Positions 12,112 through 22,135 of a stretch of DNA of 47,645 nt are shown piece by piece; the first letter of the stretch is position 1; every line of letters begins with the position of its first letter. Under the pieces are notes generated by a model. It was not told the origin of the DNA and made no database searches. It was given only the letters and a program-made list of their open reading frames with translations. The DNA comes from Eremomyces bilateralis CBS 781.70 (Eukaryota): the NCBI GenBank assembly GCA_010015585.1, contig ML975161.1; one strand, 5' to 3'. A program made the translations under genes and the position numbers.

Positions 12112-12414
12112 TCAGATGGTCGCTGCGGTGCGGTGGGATAGTGGGAGGGAGAAAGCCGCAAGGCTAGAAAGTATACAGGAGCCGAGGAGAGTCGAAGAGG
12201 GTTGCGACTAATACAGGTTGAACACGAGACCAGCAGTAGCGACCAGTCATATATATATCGCCTGCATTCCCCGTCGCCAACATTGTCGCCTGCCTAGCCT
12301 CCCACTCCCTACTATGTACTCCCTAGGCGCTTGCAGCTGGCAGCGGTAGGGATCGTTGTAAAGTAAGAAGTGGGGACTACCAGTCGGGCGCTGTCATTAG
12401 CTATTAATAGAGTG

Positions 12415-12665
12415 CACATCGTACGACCCCGCCTTGCGCTTCTGCGGTTTACCAACTAATACCACATCGCCGAGCCCTTTTATCTACCTCCTCACTTAGA
12501 ATGCCTTCTCCGATGTCTACTATCAAGCCAAACCGGATTGACATGAATGCTGACTTCATCGGACGGCGACTATCGCCGCTGAGCTGGTCTCAGTAAGGCC
12601 CTCAGGTAGACAGGCGATGACGACGTTATGTTGGTTGACATGTCCGAGCGCGTAAATATATGGGA
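12415..12665 (-). pseudogene. Degenerate fragment of a second PNP_UDP gene
   Basis: YALGHVNQHNVVIACLPEGLTETSSAAIVA / frameshift / MKSAFMSIRFGLIVDIGEGILSEEVD..LGDVV parallels YSLGRIGEHNIVIVCLPAG..FRSIRFGLMVGIGGGVPSAEADIRLGDVV of the neighbouring gene. Confidence 0.8.
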
Positions 12666-13054
12666 TTGAATGGGCTGCGAGAAAGCCTGGGATATCTCGA
12701 GGCTTCCACACTTTTAAACTTAGAATAGCTGGCTTGGGGAAACAGGAGGGTCGAACGGCATGGGACCTTACAACGAATGATACGTATTGCATTACCATGC
12801 TTAAGCTGTGTGCTGACTTTGCTCTTTGAATTGCTGCGTCGTCAAGAAATTCAGAATAGATAGAGAAACATAGAAAAGCTAAAGAAGGTGACGATTCATC
12901 ACGTGCCATCTCCTGGTTGAGGTTGGCAGATGACCTGGCCTTGCGGACTGCATTTGGCGCCGATAATGGTCTGTCCTTAAACCTCAGTCAATCTCTCAAG
13001 ACACACAGCTCGTAGCTATGATTTTGTTGTGATACGTGGCCTATCTTCCTAGCG

Positions 13055-16000
13055 ATGTACGCTTCCCCAGATCACCAGCCGGTCAGGTTCACCAATGAAG
13101 GAGGAGGGGTTGGAGTCCAGGCCGGTCAGAACATCGTGTATAGGGACTTCAACGTGCAGTAAGTTCGGTCTACTAGTTATCTCTCTTTGAGCTTACTGAC
13201 ACGGCGCGATTATCTATGGCAGGACTACACACGATCATAATCCGCTAGACTCCCTCCCTTACGCGCCCAACGCTGCTTTCAACGCACTAGAGAAAGGAGA
13301 CGACCCTCTCTGCATCCGTGGCACTCGAGTCGACGTCCTTAACGATATCAGGAAATGGATCGATGGAGAAGACAAGCGGCATATCTTCTGGCTGAGTGGC
13401 TGGGCAGGCACCGGAAAGTCCACAATAGCACGGACAGTTGCACGGAAATACTATGGCAAAAGTAGACTAGTCGCAAGCTACTTCTTCTCAAAAGGTGGCG
13501 GCGACACTGGCAATGCGACAAAGTTCGTTGGTACAATCGCAAGGCAACTGGCGGGCAAATTACCCGAGTTCGAGAGACTGCTCCGGAAAGCCCTGTCGAA
13601 GGACAAAGACATTGTCCATCGCGTCCTAAAAGATCAATGGCAGGAACTCATTATTACACCGCTAGCGCAACTTCCGGTCGACTCGCTCCCGTCGCCACTA
13701 ATAGTGGTTGATGCGCTAGACGAGTGCGATACTGAGAGCAGTATTAGACAAGTGCTCCAGCTTCTGGCCGACACAAGAAATCAAAACCGACAACTGCTTC
13801 GGATTTTGATTACAAGCAGACCTGAAGTACCGATCCGGGATGAATTCTCGCGATTCCTACCGGGTGAACACCAACTCATATTACAGGATATATCGAAGTT
13901 TATCGTCGACCAAGATATTTCGATTTTCCTAAAGCATAACCTCGCGCAAATTAGCCCAGAAGACGAGATAGTCGCGCAGCTTGTCCGAAAAGCTGCGGGC
14001 CTATTTATCTGGGCTGCAACCGCCTGTCGATTCATCTGCGAAGGGTCATCCCCTGAGAAAAGACTCCGCATAATTCTCGGAAGCACCGGCTCTACTATTA
14101 CCTCGAACGATCATGTTGATGGGATCCATGTCACTTTGTTACAAAACATCATCAGAAGCCTAATTTGGAAGGCAAGTAGCCTTTGGTTTTGGACTGCAAT
14201 TTTCTGTGGCTTCGTTCGCGAAGGACTAATTGTTAAGCAATGGCTACAAACACTTGTTATGAGCAATACCACGCCAGAAGATCATCTCGACGCGATCTAC
14301 TTGACTGTTCTCAACAGCTCTCTCCACTCAAGGTTTTCTCCACAGGACATCACCGACTTCCATGGCACGGTAAGAGACGTGCTGGGAAGCATGGTCACCC
14401 TTTTCTCCTTCCTTTCGGTCAAATCATTGAGTATCTTACTCTTGAAACCGGAGAAAGACCTTACCTGGACGATGAAAGATCTTCATGCTATTCTAGATTT
14501 TCCAAAGGACAATGCTTCAGCTCTTCGTCTCCATCATCCGTCGTTCCGGGACTTTCTTCTTAACAGAGAAAGGTGTCGCGACTCGTACTTCTTGGTAGAC
14601 GAGAAACAGGCACATCAGATGCTAGCTAACAATTGTATACGGCTTTTGTCGACATATCTGAAGCAGGATGTCTGCAAAGTGAACTCTCCAGGTATGCTTA
14701 CGGCCGGGGTTGAGAGAAATCAAGTAGACCAGTGTCTTCCGCCAGAGGTCCAGTATGCATGCCACTACTGGATCCAACATCTTCAGAAGAGCGGTGCTCA
14801 GCTTCGCGACAATGACAAAGTACACCGTTTCCTACAGGAGCATCTTCTCAACTGGCTGGAAGCGCTAAGCTGGATGCGGAAAGTCTCTGAAGGGATTAAT
14901 GCTATTAATTCTTTACAATCAATTGCTCTGGTACTTATGCCTTATCATTATAGAAATACGTCCGCTAAAATGCTGTTTAGACCAGCGACTGTCCTAGGCT
15001 ATACGCGTTTATCTATGATATAAAGCGATTCGCTCTATATCACAGGTCAGCAATCGAGCAAGCTCCCCTCCAAATATATTACTGTGCACTTGTGTTTNNN
15101 NNNNNNNNNNNNNNNNNNNNNNNNNNNNNNNNNNNNNNNNNNNNNNNNNNNNNNNNNNNNNNNNNNNNNNNNNNNNNNNNNNNNNNNNNNNNNNNNNNNN
15201 NNNNNNNNNNNNNNNNNNNNNNNNNNNNNNNNNNNNNNNNNNNNNNNNNNNNNNNNNNNNNNNNNNNNNNNNNNNNNNNNNNNNNNNNNNNNNNNNNNNN
15301 NNNNNNNNNNNNNNNNNNNNNNNNNNNNNNNNNNNNNNNNNNNNNNNNNNNNNNNNNNNNNNNNNNNNNNNNNNNNNNNNNNNNNNNNNNNNNNNNNNNN
15401 NNNNNNNNNNNNNNNNNNNNNNNNNNNNNNNNNNNNNNNNNNNNNNNNNNNNNNNNNNNNNNNNNNNNNNNNNNNNNNNNNNNNNNNNNNNNNNNNNNNN
15501 NNNNNNNNNNNNNNNNNNNNNNNNNNNNNNNNNNNNNNNNNNNNNNNNNNNNNNNNNNNNNNNNNNNNNNNNNNNNNNNNNNNNNNNNNNNNNNNNNNNN
15601 NNNNNNNNNNNNNNNNNNNNNNNNNNNNNNNNNNNNNNNNNNNNNNNNNNNNNNNNNNNNNNNNNNNNNNNNNNNNNNNNNNNNNNNNNNNNNNNNNNNN
15701 NNNNNNNNNNNNNNNNNNNNNNNNNNNNNNNNNNNNNNNNNNNNNNNNNNNNNNNNNNNNNNNNNNNNNNNNNNNNNNNNNNNNNNNNNNNNNNNNNNNN
15801 NNNNNNNNNNNNNNNNNNNNNNNNNNNNNNNNNNNNNNNNNNNNNNNNNNNNNNNNNNNNNNNNNNNNNNNNNNNNNNNNNNNNNNNNNNNNNNNNNNNN
15901 NNNNNNNNNNNNNNNNNNNNNNNNNNNNNNNNNNNNNNNNNNNNNNNNNNNNNNNNNNNNNNCTCTCTTTTTCTGACGATAGCACTTCTCTGCGAACAAA

Positions 16001-16226
16001 CAGGGGGTCACTTCCTATTTCATTATCTCTCCCTGGCGATACACCTACTCTCCAACCACAAGGTCCACCTCTTATCTTTGTTAACGACGAATGGGTTTGT
16101 CACAATACCGAGCGTATTCTTTGGCTTCCTCATGAATATCGATTAGCCAAAGTTGCGGTCTATGGAGGCGTTGTTGCTCTCGGCTGCAGATCTGGAAGAG
16201 TTACAATCATGGTACTCGCTTTCTAA
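13055..16226 (+). CDS. HET-E-like NLR: short N-terminal motif + NACHT + (probably WD40) repeat domain; repeat region lies in the assembly gap
   Basis: Exon 1 13055-13158, introns 13159-13222 and 14931-14980. Motifs: LPYAPNAAFN..CIRGTRVDVL, Walker A FWLSGWAGTGKSTIARTVA, Walker B IVVDALDEC, ITSRPE, GLFIWA, LRLHHPSFRDFL, YACHYWIQHL, WLEALS, APLQIYYCALVF. The post-gap tail ILWLPHEYR..VALGCRSGRV is typical of NACHT-WD proteins. Confidence 0.9.
15098..15962. other. Assembly gap (N run) inside the NLR repeat domain
   Basis: 865 N between the ALVF helix and the C-terminal LWLP tail. Confidence 0.99.
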
Positions 16227-16499
16227 ACCTTTCCTAGCCTCCTCCCCACCCACCGCCGTTACAGAGAATGTCTTTATATACTAGTGGATAGCACAAGTGG
16301 CGACAGCTAATGAGTAATACTTGATTATTAATGTAGATGCTTTGAAATCAGATCGTGCCGCATTAACGTCGTGTGCTACCGAAGTTGCCTCCAAAAGGGA
16401 CACGCGCACTAAGTACTATATAGGAAGGACCTTGCATCTTCGAAACAGCGCTCAAATTCGAGCATACACTAGAGTCAATGCCATTCCTACCGCCCGGCA

Positions 16500-16833
16500 T
16501 TCATGACATCCTCACGCCACCGGCAACTGAACGTATTAGACAGCAGGATCTGCTGCGCCAGAAGGAGCAGAGGCAACATCGCGAACGGTATCCTTGTTCT
16601 GGCCTATTTGAGAAGACAAATGGTCTTCCGTGTCGTCATACTATACGAGATATAAGGAATTCGGGATCGACATTACTACTAAGTTGCCTCTACGGCGATC
16701 ATTGGCGCTATCGACGTGAGCAAGGACAGGCAATACACCTATCCCCAAGGCCACACTAGTCTATCCTCGAGCCGTTTCCTGCTCAAACTAGAGGTGTGCC
16801 GAGGGGGAACGAGGCATCAACTCGTAGAGATCG
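16500..16833 (+). pseudogene. Mutator-like (MULE) transposase C-terminal remnant
   Basis: CSGLFEKTNGLPCRHTI (SWIM-like C..F...GLPC.H), then HW, an in-frame stop, then ILEPFPAQTRG.P.G..STRRD, as in fungal MULE transposase tails. Confidence 0.6.
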
Positions 16834-17075
16834 TGTAAACAAGAGATGCGAACCCGCAAGCGGGTCGCTGAAAGAGAGCCTGGAGGGACGAAGCTAGAGT
16901 TTGCGGTTTTCGAATCTCCCCTAAAAAAAAAGTGCTCGAGTTATATTCACAGAAGCATCACAAAAGGCTAGTGTAGTGTCAAGATCTGATGTGATTACTT
17001 AGTCATTCGTTTCCCTGCTTCGGCTATTACTTAGTCATGGGTATATCTACCTCGTTCTGTATTCTACTTCTTACA
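16834..17075 (-). mobile_element. Probable solo LTR (242 bp)
   Basis: Bounded by TGTAA...TTACA. Two internal copies of attacttagtcat (ATGACTAAG on minus), a motif I associate with fungal Ty3/gypsy LTRs. Begins where the MULE remnant stops. No clean TSD. Confidence 0.5.
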
Positions 17076-17116
17076 GAAATCCAAGCATCTCACTGCCTCT
17101 GATCAGGTATCCTATT

Positions 17117-17478
17117 GGAGGGTTTCTGCCAGGAATATGTGGAACACCTAAAAATCAGGCTCGACAGCTGTAACCGGCTGATTAAGCGGTGCTGCTATAC
17201 CCCTTCTATCTTCAAATTTAGACACGTGATAGCACACGTGATTCTGTTTTTGTAGTTTTACGGTATGCTAACAGATCAGCCAATTAACGAGCTGGAAATT
17301 GGGCGAAATTAACCCGAAAACGATTTTCAGGTCAACTCTCTGCATTTAGCCGGCTTACGAACTAGTTTTTAGCGGTTAGGTTGGCTAACTGGTAATGGGC
17401 AAATAAAACGCGCTACGCTGTCGAATCTTACACAAAACGCAATTTCCAGGTGCCCGCAATTCCTGGCAGAAACCCTCC
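17117..17478. mobile_element. Non-autonomous TIR element A (362 bp), 3-bp ATT flanks; PIF/Harbinger-like
   Basis: TIRs GGAGGGTTTCTGCCAGGAAT ... ATTCCTGGCAGAAACCCTCC. ATT at 17114-17116 and 17479-17481. Confidence 0.8.
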
Positions 17479-17481
17479 ATT

Positions 17482-18183
17482 GGAGGGTTTCTGCCAGCAA
17501 TTATGGAGAACCTGGAAATTGCACCTCGCAACGAAAATTTCCTGAGTCAGCAAAGGTTTACTAGCCATTTTGGCTCAAGGCGCCTTGGCGACAGAACTTA
17601 CTTTTTATATCCCATTCGTCCTGCAAAGTGAAGCCATCCCCAGATCCTCTCACTACCTAAAATGGATCGCCAGCGTAAAATCGCGGTGGTGCTACTTATC
17701 TTGCTTATCCTACGCAGGCGCCGTACGCAACAGGAGTGGTCTTGATGAGTATAGCATTCTACCTCTCCGAAAGCGTATGCCACTTCCGCCGATCCTCGAC
17801 AAGCCGCTCCTCCTCCGCATATACCGAGGTGACTGCAGGCATCGCACGCGATGATTTGGTGATAGGGAATTCAGGATGGGATACACTCTGGGTTACAGAT
17901 CTTGGGCATTATGCAGGCGACAGGATCTGACGTTAAGATTGACGAATACGCTAGGTCGGATATGGCAGTTGAGAGATGCGAAAATCCTGGAAATTGACCT
18001 GGAAACGATTTTCAGGTCCTGGAAATCGTTTTCAGGTCAACTCTCTGCATTTAGCCGGCTTATGAACTAATATCTAGCGGTTAGGTTGGCTAACTGGGTA
18101 TGGCCATATAAACAACGCTACGCTGTCGAATATTACACAAAACGCAATTTCCAGGTGCCCACAATTCCTAGCAGAAACCCTCC
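17482..18183. mobile_element. Non-autonomous TIR element B (702 bp), same family as A, directly adjacent
   Basis: TIRs GGAGGGTTTCTGCCAGCAATT ... AATTCCTAGCAGAAACCCTCC followed by ATT (18184-18186). The last ~155 bp are highly similar to the end of element A. Confidence 0.8.
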
Positions 18184-18557
18184 ATTGCTTCCGTGATTGA
18201 CGACACGCCAAAACGTTCAACATCTTATCATTCCTTCGCACAGCGGCTTGTACTTAGATCTTCCTTCCTCCTTCGTAGATTGATTCTCGTATATCACGAA
18301 TTACAGAGTTTCACCTCATCCTTTCGTACCCTGACAATGAGGATGAATTCCAAAAAATAATAATAGAGCGCTGCATGGAGTTGAGTAGCAGAGACCAGGC
18401 TTCATCCTGGTGCTTGATCCGGTTCTGCAACCCAGTTGCCGACTTTCCTCCAGAGCCGGAGGTATAGGTAGTTACATGGAGGATAGATTGGATAGTTATG
18501 GACAGCGGTATGGACAGGCGCTGAATTGTATATATAGTATAATTGAATGCTATTTGT

Positions 18558-18705
18558 ACCAGATCTTGCAACAACACCAGATCTTGCAACAACACCAGAT
18601 TTTACGACTGCACCAGACCATGCAACCACACCAGATCTTACGACTGCATCAGATCTTGCGGCTGCATCAGATCTTGCGGTTGCACCAGATCTTGCAACGA
18701 TTGCA
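18558..18705. repeat. 18-bp minisatellite, about 8 copies
   Basis: Unit accagatcttgcaacaac and variants. Reads PDLATT on plus and VVARSG on minus. Confidence 0.9.
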
Positions 18706-19792
18706 GATGCTTTAGATGCCTATGAAGGCATTAATTGAAATAGATGGCTTGATTTCATTCAATGTATCCACAGCATCCAGTTTTTGTATGGGAGCATCCG
18801 CAGCATCCACGTGGCATCCAGTTTTTGTATGGGGTATCCGCAGCATCCAAACAGGGACATAGGACGCACGTCATCCGGGCATCCGTTGGCATCCACGACA
18901 TCAAATTAGGCCTTGAAATGAAAAATAGTTTGCTGATGAGACTATTCTGGAAATACAAACTTCTGCTAGACCTTTCCAACAATTCCTGCTCTTCAGGATC
19001 AAGGTCAATCTATCTACGCTCTTTTGGAATCTAACGGTGTTTTGCCACTGCGTTGCTGCATTAATCACCTGATTGAGTGAAACCGTTATTTATCTCATAG
19101 GCCGAAGGCGCGAATGGATCCGGTGCTGGCGTTGGGCGACCACAACACGGCCATTCTCAAGGGTTTGGGGCTGGAGGATTCATCGGAGACAACGTGAGTG
19201 CAAGGAGGCTGGCTTATTACAGGGATACTTCGGCGGTCTCAAGCTTCTGGCCGTTGTCTACCATTGGATTTAAGCGAATGAAGATAGATTTTGCTGCAAT
19301 ACCTATTCCCGTTGACAAATTCCGGTTCTCGAGGAGAACTCGCATCAGGCTGCTAGGATCCAGGTGTTGCAGCCTAAAACATCGCGCGCCGCTTTGGGGC
19401 GACCTATCCCAATGCCGGACTGTTTGGTTAGCTTCCTTCTGAGAAAGGCACTAGTTCCCAAGAAAGCGGTTAAGCCCCCAGTACGTGCGAAAGTCGGCAT
19501 GACGTGTCTGCGGCGGCGAATCAGATGCTCAAGAAAGCGCAAGGATTGATCACACGAGTGCAAGTTCTAAGATAGAGAGACGCGGTTTCGCCAGGCTCAC
19601 GAGCATCGAGACCCTTTCATAAACTGTATAGGTGTTGTTCACAGCGATTTAAGGGACAAGGCTGAGCAAATAGTTGCCACTAGATACGAACATTTAATTC
19701 CCGAATGCAGCAAAAGCTACTTGCGACACTTATAAGATACCAAAACGCTAATCAGAAGAACTGACCGTGTGGGATGGTGGTGTTGAAGCCTC

Positions 19793-21020
19793 CTATCCGA
19801 AGAAGTTTCCATTGGCGATGTCTCTAACCTCAGCAATCTTGTTCAGGGCCGTCAGATCCCCCGAGCCCAGCCGCGTGTCAGCACCAGCCAACCAGTCTAT
19901 GTCGGCGGATTCACCGAGGGTGGGAAGCTCATTCACAGAGGCGAACCCTTCGGTGACCCCACTGGAGGCAGCAGACTCGTTGACATAGGAGTACCCGTCC
20001 AGGGGAGTGGCAGTGAGCGCGCCAAGCGGAGCAGACCCACTGGGTCCGGGATACCCGTAGATCCCAGGAAACATGGTAGCGCTCGAAATANNNNNNNNNN
20101 NNNNNNNNNNNNNNNNNNNNNNNNNNNNNNNNNNNNNNNNNNNNNNNNNNNNNNNNNNNNNNNNNNNNNNNNNNNNNNNNNNNNNNNNNNNNNNNAGCAG
20201 ACCCACTGGGTCCGGGATACCCGTAGATCCCAGGAAACATGGTAGCGCTCGAAATATCGTCGATGTTGCTGAATCCGTTGATACCAGCGTCGGTGAACCC
20301 ACTGGAGGTAGCAGACTGGTTGACATAGGAGTACCCGTCCAGGGGAGTGGCAGTGAGCGTGCCAAGCGGAGCAAACCCACCGGGGCCGGGATACCCGTAG
20401 ATCCCAGGAAACATGGTAGCGCCCGAAATATCGTTGACGTTACCGAATTCGTTGATACCAGCGTCGGTGAACGCAAGGTTTATGGGCGGGGAGCCAAGAT
20501 AGTTAGACTGGGCAGGCAGTGTAGCGTTCAGACCGCTAGAAAGTCCACCGGAACCATCGAGGAACCGGAACACATCACCCGATCCGTTGTTGTAAGTGTC
20601 CGCATCACGAGCCGTGATAGCCTCGTCGAACGGGGCAGGGGTCTGTAGTACAAGGCTGCCAGTGGATACGGACGCAGACTCTGCGGTTCGGTGAACTTTC
20701 ATGTGCCGTTTCAGCCCGTCCTTCCGTGGAAAAGGGCGCCCGGGGCCAGAAACATGTCGAGCGCATCCAAAGACCGGACACCAAAATTGCTGTGTCCGCT
20801 CGTGGATTGAGTTGATGTGACGCTGTCGGTCATGCTCGTGGGCGAAGGTCTTGTGGCACCCTTGCCAATTGCAAGGGAACTTCGTGGGCCTAGCGTCCTT
20901 CTCGATGCGGCTAGAGGACGTGTCATTGGTGTAACTGGTCCGAGAAGGAGCGGTGGCTTACCTGTGCCCTTGCTTAGGCAGGGGGAGCCGGGGAGATTGG
21001 GTGATGTGAGAAGAGGCATA
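19793..21020 (-). CDS. C2H2 zinc-finger protein with a C-terminal 58-aa tandem-repeat region (5' end uncertain, gap inside)
   Basis: After an intron (~20912-20961): FPCNWQGCHKTFAHEHDRQRHINSIH and FWCPVFGC..FPRKDGLKRHMKVH, then at least 3 copies of a 174-bp repeat. Stop at 19793-19795. Confidence 0.7.
19930..20471 (-). repeat. 174-bp coding tandem repeat (at least 3 copies, N gap 20091-20196)
   Basis: gatacccgtagatcccaggaaacatggtagc recurs near 20050, 20216 and 20390. Unit ~FTDAGINEFGNVNDISGATMFPGIYGYPGPGGFAPLGTLTATPLDGYSYVNQSATSSG. Confidence 0.9.
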
Positions 21021-21088
21021 CCTGCTTGAGAGTTAAAAAAAAAACCAGATAATCCCTACCCCAATTCGGCCCTGCCATCAGTACAGGG

Positions 21089-21579
21089 TAGGGCTGGACA
21101 CGAATATTCGACTATTCGTATTCGTACGAATATTCGTAGTCGAATACGAATAAAATTTAGAATTTCCGCTTACTAATATTCGTACGAATAATATTCGCAT
21201 TATTCGTAATTATTCGTAATTATTCGTCTATCTCTGAAGCTATTTCCATGTATCTCGCATCGGAGAGATGGTCGACAGAGAGCTTTAAGCTGGGGTCACT
21301 TGGCTTGCTGAATCGTCAGGAGTGATCAATTCGACGCTATTGATATGCTTTGTATCTCTTAGAGCTCAAATCCTCCAGATCGTGTTCGGGTAAACAAAAG
21401 TCGCGACTGTTGGGCATTCATTCATTGGCTCGGCTTTTGCCGAATAAGTCTTGGCATTATTTACGAATATTCGCGAATAATACGAATAAAACGTCTCAAA
21501 ACTTAGTCGAATACGAATAATCGTTCAAGAGGAAAAGTCGAATACGAATAGCCAAAATCCTTATTCGTGTCCAGCCCTA
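21089..21579. mobile_element. hAT-type MITE (491 bp) with 8-bp TSD
   Basis: TIR TAGGGCTGGACACGAATA...TATTCGTGTCCAGCCCTA. Perfect TSD GTACAGGG at 21081-21088 and 21580-21587. Many subterminal TATTCG/CGAATA motifs. Confidence 0.93.
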
Positions 21580-22135
21580 GTACAGGGCCGCTCTTGCTGG
21601 ATGACGTGTCGCGAGGATGCCATTGGAGAATCTCGCTGGTGCCCTGAACAAGTAGGGCAATGGTTCGCTTGGTGGAATGATATGCCAGCACGAATAGTGA
21701 TGGGGAAGGGAACCGTAGAATAAATAGCCAAGTCGTTTGACCGTGAAACGAGGGGGAGCAACTGCATTTATGTCAAATTACTCGAGAGAAATCTGTCCAG
21801 TTCCGGACAGTACACGCCCACCCTACTAATACCTTTTACTGTCCTGCTCCATCCACACACTACAACCTGCCATTTGCGGCCCTTTGCCAACAAAGATATC
21901 TTGCAACAAAGGTCACCTTCTGCCATGCAGACGAAGTCAACAAAACTCCCAGCGACCAGACTACTATATTCGTAGCACACGACTATACAAGTACGCCGGC
22001 GGTATCCCTCATCGGGGATATTCTCGCCTTCTGCATAGGTCTGCCCTTAGACCGAAACTAGAAACTTGGTATCCCGCGTCCAGATATGAGCCCTCGGCAA
22101 AACGATACCTCTGGCGCTCGCTACCTGAAATGTAG

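Noticed and set aside
12556..12909. 117-aa ORF as a functional small gene between PNP and NLR
   Set aside because: Only its last ~35 codons are PNP-like, and the similarity continues in another frame. Treated as a pseudogene fragment.
15047..16011. Long X-filled ORFs on both strands
   Set aside because: Artefacts of the N gap. Only the plus-strand NLR frame is supported by flanking motifs.
21089..21230. Dense TATTCG/CGAATA repeats that superficially resemble a CRISPR or operator array
   Set aside because: No repeat-spacer periodicity. They are subterminal repeats of a TIR element with an 8-bp TSD in a eukaryotic genome.
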